From Oikopleura dioica (lineage: Eukaryota; Animalia; Chordata): DNA of 64,000 bases. The position numbers and the translations under genes are program-made. The stretch is from NCBI GenBank assembly GCA_907165135.1, contig OU015568.1, forward strand, positions 4,960,001 through 5,024,000, in the 5' to 3' direction. Under the pieces are notes generated by a model. The model made no database searches. It was not told the DNA's origin and saw only the letters and a program-made list of their open reading frames with translations. This document shows positions 1 through 10,321 of this stretch, in pieces (within the stretch, counting starts at the first letter, position 1; each line of letters opens with the position of its first letter).

Positions 1-2
1 GA

Positions 3-636
3 CTAACGGACGAGGAAATTCTAGAGGTGCGATACAACGGCCTCATCCTCAAAATGGATGAGATGCTTGGCGGCTCAAAGCCAGCAACAACACTCCCTCT
101 TAAAAACCGCGACCCATTCGAGGCAATCGTTGCTGCTCTTCCGCGGGTTTTTACCGAGAATAAAGACGTCTGGCCCCAAAAAATCTTCATCAAAACGCTC
201 ATTTATGCCAACTCTTGCCAAAAATTCACCGAAAATCCTGCGATGATGCAGCTTGTAAGTAAAATAATTATTTTTCATTTTTAAAATAATTGTTTTGTAG
301 TTTGGCGTTGGCGAAATTTTGCCCGCACCAGTTGTCGCTTGGCAACAGTGGCTCAACTATCCGCTGCTCGACATCAACATGAGCACTGGGGAGGCGAAGC
401 GAGCTCAAGTCGAATTGGAAAAATTTGTCGCCAATTACAAGCCGATGCCGGCTTCCAACGCCGTTCCCACCACCTCCTCCTCCTCCGCCGCCGCCGGAGA
501 CGAAGTCTCAAGCAAGAAAAAGAGCCGACGACTCACCCTTGAACAGATGGAAGATGCAGCAACATCGTACGGGCTTCATGATTCTGATGATGAACAAATT
601 TCTTCTGTTCCTCGTGCAAACATGCCCCAGAATTAG
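3..636 (+). CDS. Orphan viral protein, 5'-partial, two exons (..254 / 301..636)
   Basis: Frame is open from base 3. A GTAAGT...TTGTAG 46-nt intron (255-300) joins ORF 27..284 in frame to ORF 319..636. Confidence 0.55.
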
Positions 637-681
637 AAACGTTATTTTTTGCTTTTATTTAGATAGTTGAAAAGGGGGATC

Positions 682-1804
682 ATGAGTCGCCGCCGCCGCC
701 GCTGCTACCAACCACCAATAAGTCGCTTGTTCATCATTATCATAATGTGCATGTATGCACCAGTGGTGCGCAAAAAATATCTTGCCAATGCATCGATGAT
801 CTTGATAACATCGTCTGATAATTGGTACCCCTTCCGATCATGCTTTGATTCGCACCCGTACGTTGCCCATGACGATTTTTGCAAGTTTGAACATGATCAT
901 TGTGCCGCGGTCTTGTCGCCAACTTCGACGACTACTTCGACCACTTCGACTAGTTTGACCACGACGAGTTCGACCACGACTAGTTCGACCACGACTAGGT
1001 CGACGACTAGTTCGACTACGACGACAAGTTCGACTACGACGACAAGTTCAATGGAATCCACCGCCGCCGCTGCTGACGACGATCTCATAACTTGTCGGCA
1101 AGAAAACGCAACAAAATCTGAAAACAACGACGACGGCGCAAAAGTTCTTCGACCACCAACAGCCAGTCAGCCAGTTATGCCACAAGTGACAACAGTAAAG
1201 ACAATGCCCAGGATTCGCAAAAAGAAGAAAGATGAAGAAATAAAATCGAAAAAAAAATTTTCGTCGACCAGGTAACACTCGAAACAAGGGTGCGTTTTGG
1301 AGTTATGTGGTATTTGGATGCATGGTGGCAGTTGGTTTCATGGTATCAAAAACTTACATGTGGTGTTTTTTGTTAAAAAAACGCGAGTTTTGCCACCCCG
1401 CGTTTCATACCACCCCGCATTTCAAAGCACACCTAGTTTCAAAACACACGTTGAATTACAAAATTTTTTTTTTGAATTTTTTTTTTAGCATTTTCTTCAT
1501 CATTCTGGCGTCGCTTATTGGAACAATTTTGGCTTGTTGTGGAATAGCTGCGGCTGTGCTGAAATGCAAACACCGAGACGAATCTTGCTGCTCGATTTGG
1601 CGACACGTGTTCTATACTCTACAACATTGGATCGAGGCATTTTTCAACGCTCTATTTGATCTTGTTCGATGTCGAAATCCGGTGCAAGAATACAGAAGAC
1701 GTCAAGAATATTTTGACAATCTTCTTTATCAAAATAATCGTCGTCGTCGAAGCTCATTTTTTCGTAAGTTTTTTGCAAAAAAAAGGGAATTATATGATTG
1801 TTAG
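682..1804 (+). CDS. Predicted type I membrane glycoprotein (hydrophobic N-terminus, Cys segment, Thr/Ser mucin stalk, TM helix, Cys-rich tail); exons 682..1271 and 1489..1804
   Basis: Phase-2 intron 1272-1488 (AG|GTAAC...TTTTAG|C) joins ORF 667..1275 to the TM segment IFFIILASLIGTILACCGIAAAVL of ORF 1307..1804. Confidence 0.6.
925..1050 (+). repeat. Coding minisatellite (ACGACTAGTTCGACC-like units) encoding the TTTSS mucin stalk
   Basis: About 7 imperfect 15-18 nt units are visible directly in the sequence. Confidence 0.8.
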
Positions 1805-2700
1805 GTCGAAGGCAGCATTATGAGCGTCAACATTTGTTACCGCCTCACTTGGAAGCCGCCTTTCAAGCTCAACATGCGTATCACCAAGAAATGCGAGACT
1901 TGGCTGAAGAAGGCGACGCCGCTCCCGCCGCTGCTCCTCCGAGACGCTCTTTTTTTCGACGCATTTTTAATCGGCTAAGACCAAGACAAAGAGACAACGA
2001 GCAGTTTGGTGATATTGTAAGTTTGGCTGGAAGGCGACGACCAACTCCTTCTGCTACTCAAATCAATCAGGCTACTGAACGATACGCTTGGTATAGAAAT
2101 CGCAGCAGCAATGGTCAGCAGCCACAGCAGCAGCATGACTTGCCACCTTCTTATAATACAGCGGTTTTCGGCCGCAGAAACCAACAACACGCCGATACCG
2201 CCGATGCCAATGACGAAAACAGCGACTCTTCTTCTTCTGCCACCGACGATTCGTCTTCGTCGTCGTCGTCCTCGTCGTCAATTTCATCAATGTCTTCTGG
2301 AGATGAGGGCGAGGATGAAGCGAGTGGTAGCAGTGACCGATCAGCAGCGGGCGAAATCACAAGCGACAGCGAAAACGGCCGAGACCAGATTTCGCCAGAT
2401 GCTTATCATGATATGGCTTTTAATTCTCTTGTGGATGTACTTGTGTCAAAAGTTGCTTACAACACGGTCGAATCTGTTTTTGAAGAGCTGCTTAATTCAA
2501 CTTGCAAGAAGACAACACTCGCCGATTTGGATATTTTTCCAGCGGATTCATCCGACAACAACAGTTACGATTCAATTGAGCCACTTAGTTCGCCAGCGAT
2601 GAGCCCAATCGTTAAATTCCAGCACAAACCAAGCTACCAAACGCCTCAACATAAAAATCGCTATTCGGTAAGTTTAGTGCACCGCACGCAGCGCTGTTAG
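1798..2700 (+). CDS. Orphan acidic/Ser-rich protein, 300 aa
   Basis: Long ORF abutting the upstream gene; no recognisable domain. Confidence 0.55.
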   Translation: MLGRRQHYERQHLLPPHLEAAFQAQHAYHQEMRDLAEEGDAAPAAAPPRRSFFRRIFNRLRPRQRDNEQFGDIVSLAGRRRPTPSATQINQATERYAWYRNRSSNGQQPQQQHDLPPSYNTAVFGRRNQQHADTADANDENSDSSSSATDDSSSSSSSSSSISSMSSGDEGEDEASGSSDRSAAGEITSDSENGRDQISPDAYHDMAFNSLVDVLVSKVAYNTVESVFEELLNSTCKKTTLADLDIFPADSSDNNSYDSIEPLSSPAMSPIVKFQHKPSYQTPQHKNRYSVSLVHRTQRC

Positions 2701-3029
2701 AAAATAGAATGTCGCCGCGTGGAGCGCTGCTTTCTTTTTAATTGAGTTTTCGCACCGTTTGTGGCGCTGTTTAAGCATCCAAAGCGCACGCCATAATTAC
2801 ATAATTTCAAAAATTACTCAACAATTTTATCAATTAACAACAAAATTGGCAATCAATTGAACCTTCTTGCGCCCATTAAAAATCGCAAAATTACTTAGAA
2901 ATCATATAACTCTTAATTGAACAATCTCCAAGTATTAAAGTCAATTCTTTAAAATTGACTTTTCCTAATAATTTTTCGCGCGATTTTAGCAAGCATAACT
3001 ACCGACAAAGATCAAAACAAACCTCCAAA

Positions 3030-3362
3030 TAGACCGGCGAAAGCACCCCGGCGCAGCCGTAACGGACCAGCCACACAACGGGCCATTCCAAAGACGGCCC
3101 CGTTCCAGCGCCGGCAAAGCCGGCGCTTACACTCATCCCTGACGGGCCCCTTTTCCATGGCCGGCGGTGCCGTACGGCGTCGCCGGCCATTCCAAAGTCC
3201 CCTGACGGGCCCAAAGGGCCCGTCCGCGAGGCGTAGAACCTGCGCATGCGCAGGTTCAAGCGAGCCAAGTACGCGCGAAGCGCCCGGGCGCGCGGGGCCG
3301 CGGAGCGGCCCTGGCTCAAATTTTCGCTCGCGAGCTTCGCTCGCTCGGCTCAAATTTTTCGC
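3030..3362. other. Non-coding GC-rich cluster of perfect hairpins/palindromes (candidate structured RNA or replication origin)
   Basis: AGCGCCGGC-AAA-GCCGGCGCT 3107-3127; TGGCCGGCG/CGCCGGCCA 3158-3189; GACGGGCCC-AAA-GGGCCCGTC 3204-3224; 22-bp palindrome 3236-3257. Confidence 0.75.
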
Positions 3363-3517
3363 AACCTTGTGCGCTTGAAAAATTTTTTGAAAAATAAATG
3401 TAGAAAAATTTTTTTCAGATTTACGGCGACGACGATCAACAAGAACCCGAGTTCTTATCAGCTATCATTTCCTCCACAACTACAGCCACAGACAATGTTA
3501 TTGTCTTTGACACACCG

Positions 3518-3883
3518 TTGAGCAAGGAGCAAGACGAAAAATTTGCTCAATCACCGCTGCGAATGGTTGAACTAGTGGCTCAACACTGCGCCGACAATTC
3601 AGAGCACATGAAGATGATGATTTCGGCCGCCACTTCTCCCCTACCATATAGTACCAGCGATGAAACTTTTGGCGCCGCCGATGCAACTGTTTTTCTGTCT
3701 GCATGTGACGCTACAGTTGTTGCCGACGACGACGACGCCGACGACCAAATTGCCGCCGCCGGTGAAGAAGGCGCCGCCGCCGCCGATTCTTCTGCTTGGA
3801 GTTGGATGACAAAAACTCCACCACCAAACACTCCGCCAGCTACACCACCGCCAACGCCCGCCACGCCAGAGAACGAATGGTGA
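3518..3883 (+). CDS. Orphan acidic/Pro-rich protein
   Basis: ORF with the A/C-rich coding bias typical of this element; start uncertain. Confidence 0.4.
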   Translation: MSKEQDEKFAQSPLRMVELVAQHCADNSEHMKMMISAATSPLPYSTSDETFGAADATVFLSACDATVVADDDDADDQIAAAGEEGAAAADSSAWSWMTKTPPPNTPPATPPPTPATPENEW

Positions 3884-4420
3884 GCTTTGTTTATATCTTT
3901 GTTTGTTTACATCTTTGTAGCAAAAAGGAAGTAAAGAAAGAAAGTGAAGATGAGGAAAAGGAAAATCAAGATCCAGAAGCAGCAGCAGCTCAGCCCGCGC
4001 AAGTACCAAGGTGAGAACAAGAAAGTGAATAAAAAGAAATTTTATCAATTTTGTAGCAAGAAAAAAGAAAGAAACGAATGGGGGCTGATCAATTGATTGC
4101 AAATCAATTTGGAACTAGCACGCCGATTCTCCAACGTCACGAACGAAGACGAAAGAAGAAAAATAATTAAAAGAAAAATATTTTCTTACCAAAACATGCA
4201 CACACACTCACATATGATGCCGCTGCACGGCGCTGGTCACTTGCGCCGTGCCACAACGGCGGCGCCCCACTACTATTTTTTCATTCTAAAACTGTCAATC
4301 AACTTATTGAATAGCTCATTCTAAAATTTTTTAAAAATTCTTGAATAAAAAACACACACACACTTACACACAAACACGCTTGGTCTTTCTAAATTAAAAC
4401 GCTCTTCTCTTGTAAGCATT

Positions 4421-4801
4421 TTGTGCATGCTTTTTGCTGAAGTAGCGGGCAGGAAAGAGCAAAAAAATGAACAACGAAGCAGACGATCAAAAGCAACACC
4501 AATTCGAAGTATTTCACCACCACCACCAACATCCCCTGGGGTAAGATATTTAGCAATTAAAAGTATGTGCTATTTTATGTGTAGAAGGAAAAAGGAGGAG
4601 GAGGAGCAGCACGAGTTGACATATGTTTTGACGTCAGTAGAGGAAGAAGAATCAGCCCAGTCCAGACCACCACTAGAGCAGAGCGATCGTCTTCTCAAAC
4701 CATTCAGGACTCGTCGTACTTACTCGATCCGCAGCTCGTCTCCGCAAACAATCGACCAACGCCGCCGCCGCCGCCGCCGCAACGGAATCAAAAACCTCTG
4801 A
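4421..4801 (+). CDS. Orphan basic protein
   Basis: ORF track only; no motif. Confidence 0.3.
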   Translation: MCMLFAEVAGRKEQKNEQRSRRSKATPIRSISPPPPTSPGVRYLAIKSMCYFMCRRKKEEEEQHELTYVLTSVEEEESAQSRPPLEQSDRLLKPFRTRRTYSIRSSSPQTIDQRRRRRRRNGIKNL

Positions 4802-4829
4802 GCGGCTTGGTTGTGAGTCGAGCAAATCT

Positions 4830-5579
4830 ATGGAAACGGAGATATCTACGCCGGCGGAGAATATTGGCTCGCCAAGAGCAAGAGAGAATGGAACAAGAGA
4901 GACTGGAGCGGGAGAGATTGGAAACGCTAAAAAGAATCGAGCCTCGTTCCAATCACCAATTCCGCTACCGCCGCCGCCACTCCAACCATTACTGTCTTTC
5001 CGCAGCAACGATCAACAAATGAACGACGACGACAGAGCGCTGACAACGACGCTTCCCGATCTGCGAGTGATAACTCGACCACCACCACCACCCCCTTCGC
5101 CGTCGATGGAAAGTTCAGTGACCCCTGTCACCATCATCAACAACAACAACAATCGTCAAGAAGAGGAGGAGGAGGAGTGCCAGAGCACGCGCCGCAGCAG
5201 CCGCCGACGACCACGACGACGACGACGACGACGATGCACCGATTGCAACAACTTTCTAATGAGACATCTGGCGCTTTGTTTCACCCTTATGCTTTGCGTA
5301 ATATGGCTAGTCGCAGGTCTGAGCGTATTAGCAGTAAAAACAGCGCAGAAAAAGACAACAACAGCGGAGACAACGCTAATGGCGCGCAAAATTGCCAACC
5401 AGATGATCGAAAATCACACTCGACACAAAAACCACCACCGTCATCATCAGCACCATCGTCAGCGAAAACCAGCAACAACAACGACGACGACGACGACGAT
5501 GACGACGACAACAACTGTGGCGATTCACGAAAAAGCCCAATTTTTGGAGAGACGACAACCGCAATTCCCGTGCACTTGA
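4830..5579 (+). CDS. Predicted single-pass (type II-like) membrane protein with poly-Arg/CxxC before the TM and a His/Thr-rich distal part
   Basis: Hydrophobic segment LALCFTLMLCVIWLVAGLSVLAV preceded by RRRRRRRCTDC. Confidence 0.55.
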   Translation: METEISTPAENIGSPRARENGTRETGAGEIGNAKKNRASFQSPIPLPPPPLQPLLSFRSNDQQMNDDDRALTTTLPDLRVITRPPPPPPSPSMESSVTPVTIINNNNNRQEEEEEECQSTRRSSRRRPRRRRRRRCTDCNNFLMRHLALCFTLMLCVIWLVAGLSVLAVKTAQKKTTTAETTLMARKIANQMIENHTRHKNHHRHHQHHRQRKPATTTTTTTTMTTTTTVAIHEKAQFLERRQPQFPCT

Positions 5580-5778
5580 GTACAACAAGACAACAACAAG
5601 AAGAAGAGAAGGAAGGCAGCGGTATGAAGAGTACAAATCAATAAGTAGCCGGCGAAATTATCCTCACAAGTTATTACCACCACAACAACAACAACCACCA
5701 ACAACAACACAACACAACAACAAAAATCAGCGGCGGCAAAAACAAAAAAAGTACCAAGCCAACTATTCCGTCTATCAG

Positions 5779-7560
5779 TTGTGTGGCAGGAGAGCGCCCA
5801 AATACACGAAAAAGTATCGAGATAGCTTATTAAAATCTCTTACTGATAAATCGGGAATATTTGAAAGCTCGCCTGCAAATTTTTACATTCGAGGAAAGCA
5901 TACTCCACGCTGGTCAAAAACCCTCACTCATGACGACTGGTGTAAATTACGAGATTACTTTTTCAATTCTGACGATGGCCAAGTGTTGATGCCATTCGAG
6001 TTTTACAATAATGATGAGCGCCGCGGTCGCCGCCGCAGCCGCCGCCGCCGCCGCCGCCGCCGTCCAACGTCCAAAAAAGCTCGTTTTGACGACTATGAAG
6101 AGCACGACCATGATGATGACGACGACGACGATTGCGACTACAACTATTACGAAGAAGATGAAGACACTTATGATGACAGTTTTGAGGATGGTCGATTTAA
6201 ACTCATTGATCACGATTCCATATTTTCAATGATCTCGATGGAAAACAAGTCGGCAATTTTAGCTGTACTTGAATTTTTCTGGGTAATGCTTGAGATAGAT
6301 TTCCAATCGCCCCCGCTGGAAACTGTTCATCATTGGAAAAGCGAGCCAAATTTGGACAAAACTGACATGAGAATAGTCGCCAACGCAATTCGATTAATCA
6401 ACCCAAATTTACCCAGCAATTTTTTCCAAGAAAAATACTCAACCGCTAGAGAATTCGAGCAAATAGATTCCGCCGATTGCTATACAAATGGACTCGATGT
6501 AACAAGAGAAATTCTTCACCTCCTTTCAAATTGCATCACTTTCTCCTATATTTCGGCAAAAATGGATGGCGATAACTCGGCGGCGGCGCCAGCTTATCAA
6601 CAAAATGGCAATATTCTTGAGAAACCAATACACATGAGTGATATGTACATGTACTTGGTTTATCTCGAGTTGACAATCAGAGAATGCGCGCCGTTTTATG
6701 AATTTACGACTTTTTTATCGGACAGTAATGAAACAACTAGGAAAATGCCGGCAAGCATTGTAGCCGACTGGCGCTCAGATCGACCACGTCAATTTCGCGA
6801 AAATTATATACCCACTGCTGGCGCCTCTACACTCAACCCTAACCCTAACGAGTGTAATGAAAAGAAGAAGGGACTGTGGAGAACTTTTTGCTCGCAGGGG
6901 CCTCAGTCAATTGCCGATGTAAAAACATTGTCAAGAAAGCGATCAATATGCAGCACGTATAGTGAAGCGGTTGACACAGAAACCCTCAACAAAACACTTT
7001 TTCGCCTCAGCATCCTAAAACCAGTAACCAATCACCCACAAATCGCCTATTTGATGACGCTGAAGCGCTTCTTCAGCGGTTTCTGCTTTCTTGAGCAAAG
7101 AAAAATTGAAAAAATTTTGAAAATAACTTCGTATGAGCAAGAAATTCTCGACACGCGACTTCTTGGCAACATGGAGAGTGAAGAACAACGTGAACGCCGT
7201 TTTTCACTTCAGCATTTGATGGTCAAAGCGCGAAAACACATTTACTATCAACATCGAGCGCGAATCAAAAATTTGCTAAAACGGATGCTCGAAAATTATG
7301 TGAATTTTATTGCAACTTGTGGATCTGCTCCAAGTCTATCAAAATGCCAACTTCGCCGAGTGCAAACTCCACCTTCAAACCCAATTGCCTTTTTTGACGA
7401 TCACTACAACTCGTGGGAGATACGCTGCTCAACTTGTATTTCAACTTATAATAACGATTACAATCGAATAGAAGGTTTCATAAACCAGCTTGGCCATAAT
7501 CAAGATTTTGATCTCAAATCTGAGTTTATGTCAATGCGACGAGCTCAGCTGCATCGGTAA
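5779..7560 (+). CDS. Orphan 593-aa protein (Arg-rich NLS-like run, acidic patch, globular C-terminal two-thirds with CxxC)
   Basis: Long, high-complexity ORF; no family recognised. Confidence 0.7.
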   Translation: MCGRRAPKYTKKYRDSLLKSLTDKSGIFESSPANFYIRGKHTPRWSKTLTHDDWCKLRDYFFNSDDGQVLMPFEFYNNDERRGRRRSRRRRRRRRPTSKKARFDDYEEHDHDDDDDDDCDYNYYEEDEDTYDDSFEDGRFKLIDHDSIFSMISMENKSAILAVLEFFWVMLEIDFQSPPLETVHHWKSEPNLDKTDMRIVANAIRLINPNLPSNFFQEKYSTAREFEQIDSADCYTNGLDVTREILHLLSNCITFSYISAKMDGDNSAAAPAYQQNGNILEKPIHMSDMYMYLVYLELTIRECAPFYEFTTFLSDSNETTRKMPASIVADWRSDRPRQFRENYIPTAGASTLNPNPNECNEKKKGLWRTFCSQGPQSIADVKTLSRKRSICSTYSEAVDTETLNKTLFRLSILKPVTNHPQIAYLMTLKRFFSGFCFLEQRKIEKILKITSYEQEILDTRLLGNMESEEQRERRFSLQHLMVKARKHIYYQHRARIKNLLKRMLENYVNFIATCGSAPSLSKCQLRRVQTPPSNPIAFFDDHYNSWEIRCSTCISTYNNDYNRIEGFINQLGHNQDFDLKSEFMSMRRAQLHR

Positions 7561-8185
7561 GTGCGCATTATGCAATTTCCGCGTTCAATTTTTGTTAGTG
7601 TTATGGAAAATCACAGATCCATTTTCGACTTTTTTACTCATCATAAATTCAATTTTGGTCTACTCAATGTGCAAAACAGCAGCATTCTTGCAGCGGCTGC
7701 TGAAATTGCAGAAATTGAGAATCGCCATCATTGTGACACGCCGATGATGATGACCCCAACTCCGGCGGCGGCGGCGGGAGACATTGCATCAAAAGAAACT
7801 CAATCTGCTGCATTTGAAGTCAGCAACCCTAACAATGCAGACAATGATGATGATAAATTGATAGGTAACAACAAATTGAGTTCATAGCTCCTGTCTTCTA
7901 ACACAAATTGTCAAGAGCCGAAAGATAGCGCCGCCGCCGCCGTTGACGCCCCTGCCGACACTGGGTCAATCATTGAGATATCAAGCCAGTCTTCAGATGA
8001 TGATGACGACGACGAGGACGACGATCCGGTAAGCGCCACCCTGCGCCCACGAGCGCCGCTGCAGGCGCTCTAATTTTTTTTTCAATATAAAACCAATCAT
8101 CAAAACATTATTCAGTCATACAACTACGAGCCAAACAAAACTTTTACAGCAGAGCGCAAAAAACTGCTAAAAAAGCAGCGGCGTA

Positions 8186-10126
8186 ATGTCTCCACTCAAG
8201 CTGCTATTCAAGCATCGTTGCAAGAAGAACGATTTAAGCCTATCCGACTCGGAAATCGAGGAGGGTCGACTAGTGATCGTCGAGTCGTCGGATTCGGAGC
8301 AGGAGGAGGAAAACAAGCGCGAGAAGAATCTCAAAAGACCAGCATCGACACCATCAAACTCGTCCACAGATCTACAACAACAACCACCTCCAGCCAAGAG
8401 AGCAGCAGCAGCAGCAAACAGCAGCAGCCAAGTGCAACAACCAATAAAGCTACGACTAAAAGCTTTGAAGGGTGCAGCGAATCCGTGCCAATATTTGATG
8501 CACACTTCCGACGAATCGGCCTCAAGAAACTTCTCCCAAAACCACCAGCCAAATCAAAAAAAGATGATGATGAATGGTATTTGCCAAATGGAATATATCT
8601 CAACCCAAACTACAACGGCGAGCGGCGACGGAACAACACACAGCGACAAACCAAAGGAGGAGGAGGAGGTAATTTATCTTTTCTTAAATCAAAAAAGACA
8701 CAATCTAGAATCTTCCCCCGCCACCGATTCCACCACCAGTCGCAGAGTCAACTCCAACCAAATTCACAACAACGCCAGAGATGAAAACAGTGACGCCGTC
8801 ATCAAAAATCTACAACTGCAAGAGAAATCTCACACAAACACTATTTGGCAAAAGGTAATTTACAAATGCGACTGTGTGTGTGTGTGTTATTATGTGCTTT
8901 TTAGAAAATCGCCCCCAAAACAACCAGATGTGCAGAAAATAGCCACCAGCGAACCGTCGCCAATCAAGACAACAGTGACACGAGAAACTCAAACGGATCC
9001 GCTGCTGCCACCACCACCGTTTCAGCGGCCACAGCATGCACCAACAATCTCCAGCAACAACAACAACACTCAGCTCATCATAACAATGACAAATTACGGT
9101 CTTCTCATGACGCCAGTCAACAATTCCAATGTTCAAGTGAGCATCAACGAACTCAACCTCCCCAAAGCGTTCCATCCCATCCCTGGAACAATGCCACAAA
9201 ACATTGGAGCCAAGCGTCTCTTCATGAATGTGAGCAACCCAGCAGTAGCACCGGTGAAACCACCTCGACGAAAGAAGCAACAAAAATCCACAATCAACTC
9301 ACCGAAACAACAACAACCACCACCACCACCACACATTGGGCATCACAACCAGCACAACACCTCCATTGGCAGCAACAAAACCACTTCTTCTGGCAGCAAC
9401 AGTACAATCCCTGCATCTGGAATCATGATGGATCACACGCAGACCATCAGCCATTCAACAACGCCAACTACTCCTCAACTCAATACAACTATCCAGAGTT
9501 TCAACAGCGAATCCAACAGCAGCAGCATTTTGAGCAACAACGATTTCACAGCGGCCGACCAATGTTTTCTTCTTTCGGAGGAGAGGCAACACGTGGACAA
9601 AGCTATTCTGGAGCAAATTTACACCGACCAATTTATCAACAGAGCAACATCGGCAACAACTGGCCAACTTGGCCAGCAGACAGTCATTCCACCACCGCCA
9701 CCGCCGCCTACCAACAACCACCACCTGACTTCGCTGCCAGCGCAAACCAACACTACTACAGCTCACATTTCCAACCAAACAACGTTAACCAACAGCAGAG
9801 ACAAGAAAGCAGCGCCTCCGGCTTACAATCAAATCTTCCCACCGAAAAAGAATTCAATTATGACAAAGGATCAGCTTGCTCTCTATTTTCAACAACAGCA
9901 GCAGCAGCGGAATCAACAACTCTTTGCAGTAGCGGCGGCGGCGGCGGCGCAACAGCGTCAACCACAACGACAATTTCTTTACCGACAGCAATTATTACAC
10001 CAACAAACATACAACAGTTACGTCCCTCATCATCATCATCCAAGCAACAGCACAACAATTCAACAAACGACAAACAATTCGTACCCACATCACCAGAAAA
10101 CTACCGCCCAATTTCAACCCCGATGA
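8186..10126 (+). CDS. Orphan 646-aa Q/P/N/T-rich low-complexity protein (transactivator-like composition)
   Basis: Long ORF with basic NLS-like patches; may contain introns. Confidence 0.55.
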   Translation: MSPLKLLFKHRCKKNDLSLSDSEIEEGRLVIVESSDSEQEEENKREKNLKRPASTPSNSSTDLQQQPPPAKRAAAAANSSSQVQQPIKLRLKALKGAANPCQYLMHTSDESASRNFSQNHQPNQKKMMMNGICQMEYISTQTTTASGDGTTHSDKPKEEEEVIYLFLNQKRHNLESSPATDSTTSRRVNSNQIHNNARDENSDAVIKNLQLQEKSHTNTIWQKVIYKCDCVCVCYYVLFRKSPPKQPDVQKIATSEPSPIKTTVTRETQTDPLLPPPPFQRPQHAPTISSNNNNTQLIITMTNYGLLMTPVNNSNVQVSINELNLPKAFHPIPGTMPQNIGAKRLFMNVSNPAVAPVKPPRRKKQQKSTINSPKQQQPPPPPHIGHHNQHNTSIGSNKTTSSGSNSTIPASGIMMDHTQTISHSTTPTTPQLNTTIQSFNSESNSSSILSNNDFTAADQCFLLSEERQHVDKAILEQIYTDQFINRATSATTGQLGQQTVIPPPPPPPTNNHHLTSLPAQTNTTTAHISNQTTLTNSRDKKAAPPAYNQIFPPKKNSIMTKDQLALYFQQQQQQRNQQLFAVAAAAAAQQRQPQRQFLYRQQLLHQQTYNSYVPHHHHPSNSTTIQQTTNNSYPHHQKTTAQFQPR

Positions 10127-10321
10127 TTTTTAAAGAAATTGATACAGGTAATACAAATTTAAAAACCTTTTTATTTATGCTCTTATTCAGAAGACATAAC
10201 CTGCGACAACGACGGAACCATTGATTCAATTCTTGGACTTTGACTAACTCACTTTCTTTCAATTTTTCTTTTCTTACTAATGCGGTGTTTTAATAAAAAA
10301 CAAAAAATAATTTTAACTGAT

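Noticed and set aside
925-1050. CRISPR-like repeat array
   Set aside because: No unique spacers; it is a coding Thr/Ser minisatellite in a eukaryotic context.
2999-3378. ORFs 2999..3319, 3012..3353 and 3157..3378
   Set aside because: Stop-free only because of extreme GC content and palindromes; non-canonical starts and unnatural composition.
8855-8904. Intron-like GTAATT...TTTTAG inside ORF 8186..10126
   Set aside because: 50 nt is not frame-preserving relative to the long ORF; cannot be called without RNA data.
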